Source: Vicugna vicugna
Taxonomy: Eukaryota
Assembly (NCBI GenBank): GCA_013265495.1
Contig: MU058540.1
Location: 1,885,696 to 1,949,695 of the forward strand
Direction of reading: 5' to 3'
Length of the DNA: 64,000 nucleotides
This document shows positions 57,501 to 64,000 of this stretch, in pieces. A program made the translations under genes and the position numbers. The notes beneath the pieces were generated by a model, which saw only the letters and a program-made list of their open reading frames with translations, searched no databases and had not been told where the DNA came from. Numbering within the stretch: the first letter of the stretch is position 1; each line of letters opens with the position of its first letter.

Positions 57501-60500
57501 AGACAGAAGACTCGGGCCTTTGGTTAAGTGTAAATGAATCTGTCAGTGGACTCCAGTTGATACTGGTCACTTACTTCTCTTAAAAAACTCGATCCCTTCC
57601 CTCAGTATAGGTGTACTTTATGTGTGTAAAGCGAACACGTGCGTCAAAATATGTACAGTTAGGCATACAAAAATAGAAATTTAGAAGTGGTAAATGACAT
57701 TAAACATCTGATCGTGGTGGCTTTATATTATCAATTTTTCAAAGCATGATACAGATTTTAAGGCAAACCCTCTTCCCTTAAGGATGGTGTTCTTGGTAAT
57801 TTCTAGTCTTTTGGATGACTTGGAACTTGCCCTCTTTATGTGGCTAAGAATTCCTACTAGGAGCAGAAGTGTCAGCTCTGACATTTTTTTTACTAGGTTG
57901 TACTTTCGTTATTGATATTCAGGTTCTTTTCAGGCATCCTTAAAAGCCATGTGTCCATTTTGTGAGGGTTTGGTTTGTTAAAGATAATACAGCATTCATA
58001 CATAGATCACTTAACTATCATAGTCAACTAAAATGCAGAAAGGGAGGGAGGTGCCACCTTCAGCGTTTAGAGGGCAGAAGAGCAGACCTCCTACTCTCCT
58101 TGGATACCCCTCTCTAAGAATTGGACTGGAATATAGAAGGCCAGTCCATATATTAAACATTTCTAATAATTTATTATGTTTTAGATAAGTAGAAATATAA
58201 GTTCTAATAATTTCTTCCCACATTCCATTTCTTTCAAGAGAATTTTTAGAAGCCCCAAATTGAAGGGTATAGAAACGTTTGTCCAGCTATCTGGCTGTTT
58301 CTGGACTGAGTAAGAGAAAAGGACTTAACCTAGAGTCCTGGATAGAACTTTACTTCAGTATAATTGTTGTAATTGTTTTATTTTGTAATTCTATGTATTT
58401 TATTTTATGCATTTAAATCATTCTGGTAAGGGGGTCCACACACAAAAATTTTAAGTCCTTGAAGTAGGATCTCCCCCACTTCTTTACTCCCAGTATCCTC
58501 CACCACAAATTGACCATCTTTTTAACTTTTACTCTCCTTTTTCTCTCACTTAGTGTTTTTTTCCACATACAAAAATAGAAGTCAGGGTTGCTTTCCTCTC
58601 TCACGTATCCCAAGTGCCTCTGTGTGTGAGGAACAGCCCCGTTAAGTCATGAATGGAGGGGAGCAGAGGCATGATGGGTGATAGGCTAGATGCACCCATG
58701 ACCTGCTTGCCACGCCAACAAGCGTCAGGTCACACAATATCTGGATTCATGCCTTTGTAACATTACAGACAGCTACATTGTCCTCAGCAGTCTTGCTGAT
58801 CTTGGAACACTTATTCCCAGAGAGTTCATTCATTCAGTAAATGTGCACCAAGTGCCTTCTATGGGCTGGTGCTGTGCTAGGTACCAGGACACAGAGAAAG
58901 GAGACTGCCTCCATGTCTCAGGAACTCAGTTTGGTGAAAGGAACATCAGAGCTGGACTGGTGTGACCCTGTGAGCTCCAGGGGATTGCCAAGGGGAGCAC
59001 AGGCCTTGCTCCCTATGCTTGCAGACTAAGCATAGCACAGCATTTGGGAGTAGTATTTTTACCTCAAGTTTGGGGAAGGGTTTTATATACATATATATGT
59101 GTATATATAAAGCAAGCATGGATCTATTATAGGGGAATTTTTGAGCTGGAATAGGTGATGTCAAAGAGCAGGGCCTACCATAGAATAGATGCTCAATGGA
59201 CACTTGTTGAATGACTCCCGTGCTAGCCCCTCTCCATCCAAACTGACTTACAGCTGCTGGCTCCCAGTCTGTCCATTGCCATCTAGCCTCTAGCTCTGCC
59301 CAGTCTGCCCTGTATTCCTTTCAGCAAGATACTCTTAACTGCTTGTTCTCCCTCTGCTATCCAGGAAACCGCTGCTGCTACGATTGCCCCCATTATGCCA
59401 AAGGAATCTGATGTCTCTGCTGATGGCTGTTTGGCCATCACTGCCTGAAAGCAGTCTCCTCCCTGTACTGCAGATTGCACACCAGGACCCAAGCCCTGAC
59501 CCTGATCTCTGGCTCCGGGCCCTTGGGGAATTGCTGCGAAAGGATCTGGGTGTTGGGGCCTCCACTGAGGGAGCATCCCCACTATCTGCAAGGTGCCAGA
59601 GACAACTCCAAGGCCTGTGTAGGCAGCTGGGCCAAGGGGGCAGGAAGCTGAGATGGCCCCATGCTCCAGACCCCAAAAAGGAAGAAGAGAAGGACAAGGA
59701 CTCCCAGTGGCCTGGGAAACGCAGAAAGGGGCCAGAGGAAGAGTCTGCCAGTCCTGATGGGGAAAGGGCCCCCAAAAGGTTTCGGTGTTTGGAAAAGGAA
59801 GAAGAGAAAGAGGCAGGTCATCAGGAAGCAAGACCTGAACATGAATCTTTGGAGTCCCTGGCTGATGGAGGAGGTGCATCACCCATTAAGAAGCAGCCTG
59901 CCATGGGGGCTGAGCCCAGTGAGGCTGCTCCAAGTCTAGAGGATGCTAAGGGCCTACCTGAGAGTTTGGAGTTGCCCAAAGCTATCCAGGTACTAGGATG
60001 AGGAGGCTGGTTTAGAGTGACCCCTCAGGAGTGGGGGTTTATACAGGGTGAAAGCCCACTGGGATGCTATTTCCCATTTGGGATGACTAGTCCGTGGAGC
60101 AAGGGGAAGGAGGGTGGGGTGGAGGGAACGTAGTTTCTGCTCCACAGACTCTGAGGAGGGGGTGAGGAAGGGCGTTATTGGGAGTGGGAACCCTTAACCT
60201 AATGATCAATAACGTGAGGCTAAAGGGTATCAGGTAAAAGGAGAGGCTCTGAAGCCACCCCCACCACCCCATCTTATGGGAATAGGGGGAATGGTGCCAG
60301 CATCCAGCCTGTCCTTCCAGCCCAAGGCCTGGGTCTGCCCCCATTAGGATGGATGCAGAGAAGATGAGTCTATACAGATGGATTTACAGGAGCCTTGTCT
60401 AGTTTGAGTTCTTAAGCACTTTTCAAGGTTCAGGCTTCATATTCTTGGCTGTCATGAGTCATCTTTGCCTACTAGCTCCCACTGACCGGGGGCCTCCTCA

Positions 60501-63476
60501 GAGAGTGGTCTGGGACAGGGCTTGGGGCCACCCTATGCAGGCAGGGACTTGGCAATGACTGGGCTCTCCTCTGCAGGATCAGGTTCCCAGGATGCAGCAG
60601 CTGCTCAGGACCTTCGGGGAGGTGACTGGCCTGACCCTGCTCCCCAGAGCCCTTCTTCAACCTTCTGCCTGGACCTCAGCTGTGCCCGGGGAAGTCCCAG
60701 TGCAGTGAGGCACAGGCCATTTGGGTGAGGGGGGTGGAGAGAAGGTCCGAGGACAGTCACTGCAAAGGCTGCTTTTGGCCCAAGTTTGTTGTCTAACCTC
60801 AGATGAGTCCTTCTCTTCTAGTAGCACCTTTGGGGGGCCTCAGTCACCCACTCTGCCAGTCAAAGGGGCAGCTGAGGGCCCAGCCAGCCCTAACATGGGA
60901 CTTGCCTTCCCAGGGATTGGAGGGATTGGAGGGTGCCCCACCAGTTGAGCTGCAGCTTCTCCACGAATGCAGTCCCAGCCAGGTGAGTCAGAAAGGCTGC
61001 CTGGGCCTGAGGACACATTCCCTCTCCCCAGCCTTCTTCCATTTCAGTTTGTGTTTCCCTGCCTCATGTGGGAACTTGGGGAGGGGATTTTGTTGGGTTG
61101 TTTGGTCTCTCAGGGGCAGGGGTCACCCTGAGTGGTTTCTTTTAGCCCTTGGTTCCTCCCCATAGGGCAGCTCTCCCAGCCTTTCCTGACCCTGGAGTGC
61201 CCTTGCCCCGCCCCTTCTGCCACCTGGTTGGCTTGACACAGCCCAGCAGAGTCAGACTGAGTGTCCCAGTGTCATCCCTCCTCCTTGGCAGGTGGACCTG
61301 CTGTGTGCCCAGCTGCAGCTCCCACAGCTCTCAGACGCTGGCCTTCTGCAGCTCTGCACCTGGCTGCTGGCCCTTTCCCCAGATCTCAGCCTAAGCAATG
61401 CTACTGTGCTGACCAGGAGCCTCTTTCTTGGACGGGTAGGTGCACTGGAATGCACTTGGAGTGCCAGGGACAATGAGGGAGAGAGCCTGACCCCTCAGAA
61501 GGGTAGGAGACAGGGTTCCCAGCCTTGCATCTGGCCTGTCCTGGGACATCTACCACATGACAGCTAACTCCCCTCTTGGGCCCCTGACCCTTCCGGAAGC
61601 TGAAGGAATTGGGATTTGGGATTAGGGATTTGGGACCTGGGGAACGGAGCTATATGTCCTTTCCAATGAGTGAGTCCATGTTAGTCCTAGATAAAAGATT
61701 TTTTTCCTCTGTAACGTGTCAGCATCTGAAATACGTGTCTGATAAACATTTATTGACGGGAAGAAGAAATTAATATTTTCCTTCCCATTGGTTGTAGATT
61801 CTCTCCCTTACTTCCTCAGCCTCCCGCCTGCTCACAACCGCCCTGACCGCCTTCTGTACCAAGTATACCTACGCTGTCTGCAGAGCCCTCCTTGGCCCTG
61901 TACTCCAAGCTCCAAGAACAGGTAATTCTGGAACCAGTCCCAGGCCTGGTAGCTCTTCCCTCTCTGTTCCCAGCACCTTTACCCCAGGGTGGCCCAGACA
62001 GGAGGTGAATATTCAATGAATAAAGATATCTGTTGGCTTCCTGATGATGCCCCTTTAATGAGCCAGGCATTTTGTTCCCCGCTAGCCCCATTCTTTCCTG
62101 CTGTTTTCTCCTAGACTTCTCCCCTCTGCTGTCCCCTACCCAGGTCCAGCTCAAACCGAATTACTGTGTTGCCTTATGAAGGACAAGGCCCTAGAGCCAG
62201 ACATGCAGGTTCTGATGCTGGGGTGAGTACACAGGCCCTCATGCTGCCCCCACCCCCTTCTCCAAGCCCGCTCGCAGTTCTGGGACGGGAGCTGGCTGGG
62301 CATCAGACCCTGTGCCCAAAAGACGGGCAGCAGCACAGCCAACGCCCCCTGTCACTGCCCTGAACCCCATGGGCCTGTGCAAGTTGACTTCCCGTGTGCC
62401 TTCCCAAGCTCAGGGTTCCAGTCAGGTGCCCAGGGAATGCAGAGAAGACGCTGGTGCTCCTGCTCTGGAGTTCACGGCATAGCTGGAACGTGGCACAGTG
62501 GCTCAGAGCGCTGGCTTTGGAGTCAGACAGACATAGTTTACAGTCTCAGCCTTGTCTTAGATTTAAATATGTGAATTCAAACAGGTTAGTCCATCCTTCT
62601 GAGCCTCTGTTTCCACATACAAAAAATAGGGATAATATGTATTCATTCCATAGGATTTTTCTAGATATTAAGTATAAAGAACTCAGCACAGGATTTGGCA
62701 CCTAGTAAGTGTTCAAAAATTGTTATTAAATTGGTGTTAAGTTTGGGTATTAAAATTGGGGAATCAAGAAACAGTCATTGGACACCAATGTGAAATAGAA
62801 AATGCTAAGTATAATGTGAGAAGGTGACAGTCTTTAAAATAATATCAACTGCCAGTTATCAAGCACTTTTCTGTGCTTTAGATTCATTACTTCAGTTAAT
62901 CTTCATGCAATCCTGTGAGGTCAGTGCTGCTGTCACCTTAGAGATGGAAAAACTGAAGCTCAGAGAGGTTAAGGGACCTGGCCAGAAGTCACACAGCCAG
63001 TAAGTGAAAAAGCCTGGGATCAAACCCAAGTCTGTGCAACCAAGAAGCCACACTGTTTCCATGTGACATTCTGCCTTTCCAGACCAGCTGAGGACTGCAC
63101 AGCAGAGAAGGAGGTGTAGCTGGAGAGGACCTCACTGTGAAAACAGGATGCAGTCTTTTTTTCAGGAGACCTTTATACATCATTACCAGATCCTTCACTG
63201 TCAGCTCTGGAGTACTTGGGCTGTGGCCTTCCCTGCACTGAGTATGGGCTCACCAGGTGGCCACCAGCATCAGGAGGCTCTGACTACTTCCTCTGTTGAC
63301 TGAGAGTCTTGGCTGTCTCCAGGGCCTTTCCCTGCCTCGGGGCAGGAGCAGTAGATATCCAGGCGTGGGTGGGAGTCTGGGCTTTTCTCACTGGGGCTTG
63401 TGTTTGCAGACAGATCCTGGAGCTGCCGTGGAAGGAGGAGTCTTTCTTGGTGTTGCAATCACTCCTGGAGCGGCAG
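57009..63476 (+). CDS. FANCE: Fanconi anemia complementation group E protein, exons 1-8 (3' partial; remaining exons lie beyond the window)
   Basis: Exons 57009-57256, 59365-59989, 60577-60621, 60914-60982, 61292-61435, 61798-61921, 62144-62222, 63410-63476, all GT-AG and in frame. [47 protein letters not shown] and [10 protein letters not shown] are FANCE signatures. PPARD-FANCE synteny agrees. Confidence 0.97.
59365..59989 (+). CDS. FANCE: FANCE exon 2
   Basis: atccag|GAAACC...ATCCAG|gtacta; [19 protein letters not shown]...[10 protein letters not shown]. Confidence 0.96.
60577..60621 (+). CDS. FANCE: FANCE exon 3
   Basis: ctgcag|GAT...GAG|gtgact; [15 protein letters not shown]. Confidence 0.92.
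60914..60982 (+). CDS. FANCE: FANCE exon 4
   Basis: tcccag|GGA...CAG|gtgagt; [23 protein letters not shown]. Confidence 0.94.
61292..61435 (+). CDS. FANCE: FANCE exon 5
   Basis: tggcag|GTG...CGG|gtaggt; [48 protein letters not shown]. Confidence 0.95.
61798..61921 (+). CDS. FANCE: FANCE exon 6
   Basis: ttgtag|ATT...ACAG|gtaatt; [41 protein letters not shown]. Confidence 0.95.
62144..62222 (+). CDS. FANCE: FANCE exon 7
   Basis: acccag|GT...GG|gtgagt; [26 protein letters not shown]. Confidence 0.94.
62490..63060. mobile_element. Two MIR SINEs in opposite orientation in FANCE intron 7
   Basis: Plus-strand core ccttctgagcctctgtttcc (about 62490-62720) and minus-strand core gatggaaaaactgaagctcagagaggttaag (about 62850-63060). 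Confidence 0.7.
63410..63476 (+). CDS. FANCE: FANCE exon 8
   Basis: ttgcag|A...CAG|gtgagc; [23 protein letters not shown]. Confidence 0.94.
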
Positions 63477-64000
63477 GTGAGCAGGCTGCGGTGCGAAGAG
63501 TGGGCAAAGAAGTGCTGCAGTGCTGTGAACGGGGGTGGGGCTCCTGGGTTTCTGACCCCTTTGGTGCAGGTAATGGAGGGGCAAGCAGGACAGCTGCCCT
63601 CCAGTAGGGTGCCCCATGACAGTGGGAGAGTCCTGGGGCTGGAAGGTTAGTAGCAGAGAGCTGACTGCATGGTGGATCCCAGCTCTGCTTCTTATGCTGT
63701 GTGGCCTTGGGGAGGGACTTTCTGATGTGTGAGTACAAATTTAATTTTATTTTTGAATAGGTAATAGATTCATATGTTCAAAAATTTTGAAAGCTTAAAA
63801 GGATATAGTGAAAAATTTCCCTCTAGCCATCCAGATTCCCCTCCCCAGGACTAATCAGTGTTACCAGTTACAGAACACTCCCAGAGATGTCTTATATAAA
63901 CAAGGACACATGTTTAAATTTACTTTTCCTCTGCTTTTTACATAGATGGTAACATACCAAGGTCATTACTCTTCTGTTCTTTGCCTTTTTAATTTGACAG

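Noticed and set aside
1..64000. Prokaryotic-type systems (CRISPR arrays, operons, insertion sequences)
   Set aside because: The sequence is mammalian with spliceosomal introns; no regularly spaced repeat-spacer array was seen.

Overview
Mammalian genomic DNA, probably camelid (alpaca/camel), judged from eight tRNA-derived Vic-1-type SINE copies. Three genes lie on the + strand. (1) PPARD: the window opens inside its large 5' intron and holds all six coding exons (25742-38391, 441 aa) and the 3' UTR to about 40370. (2) An eight-exon makorin-family gene (C3H zinc fingers plus a C3HC4 RING; ATG 43544 to TAA 54604, about 364 aa). I reconstructed it by hand; it has canonical GT-AG junctions, matching phases and no stops, and the ORF track largely misses it. 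By synteny it is probably an intact orthologue of vertebrate mkrn4, which I recall is a pseudogene at this position in human. (3) FANCE exons 1-8 with a CpG-island promoter, running off the window end. The rest is intronic or intergenic DNA with L1, MIR, LTR and DNA-transposon relics. The most interesting points are the intact makorin gene and its unusual features, a 117-codon overlapping upstream ORF in PPARD, retained potential for the truncated PPARdelta2 isoform, and a candidate ETS/RUNX/IRF intronic enhancer. Repeat family names and cross-species comparisons come from recall and were not computed.
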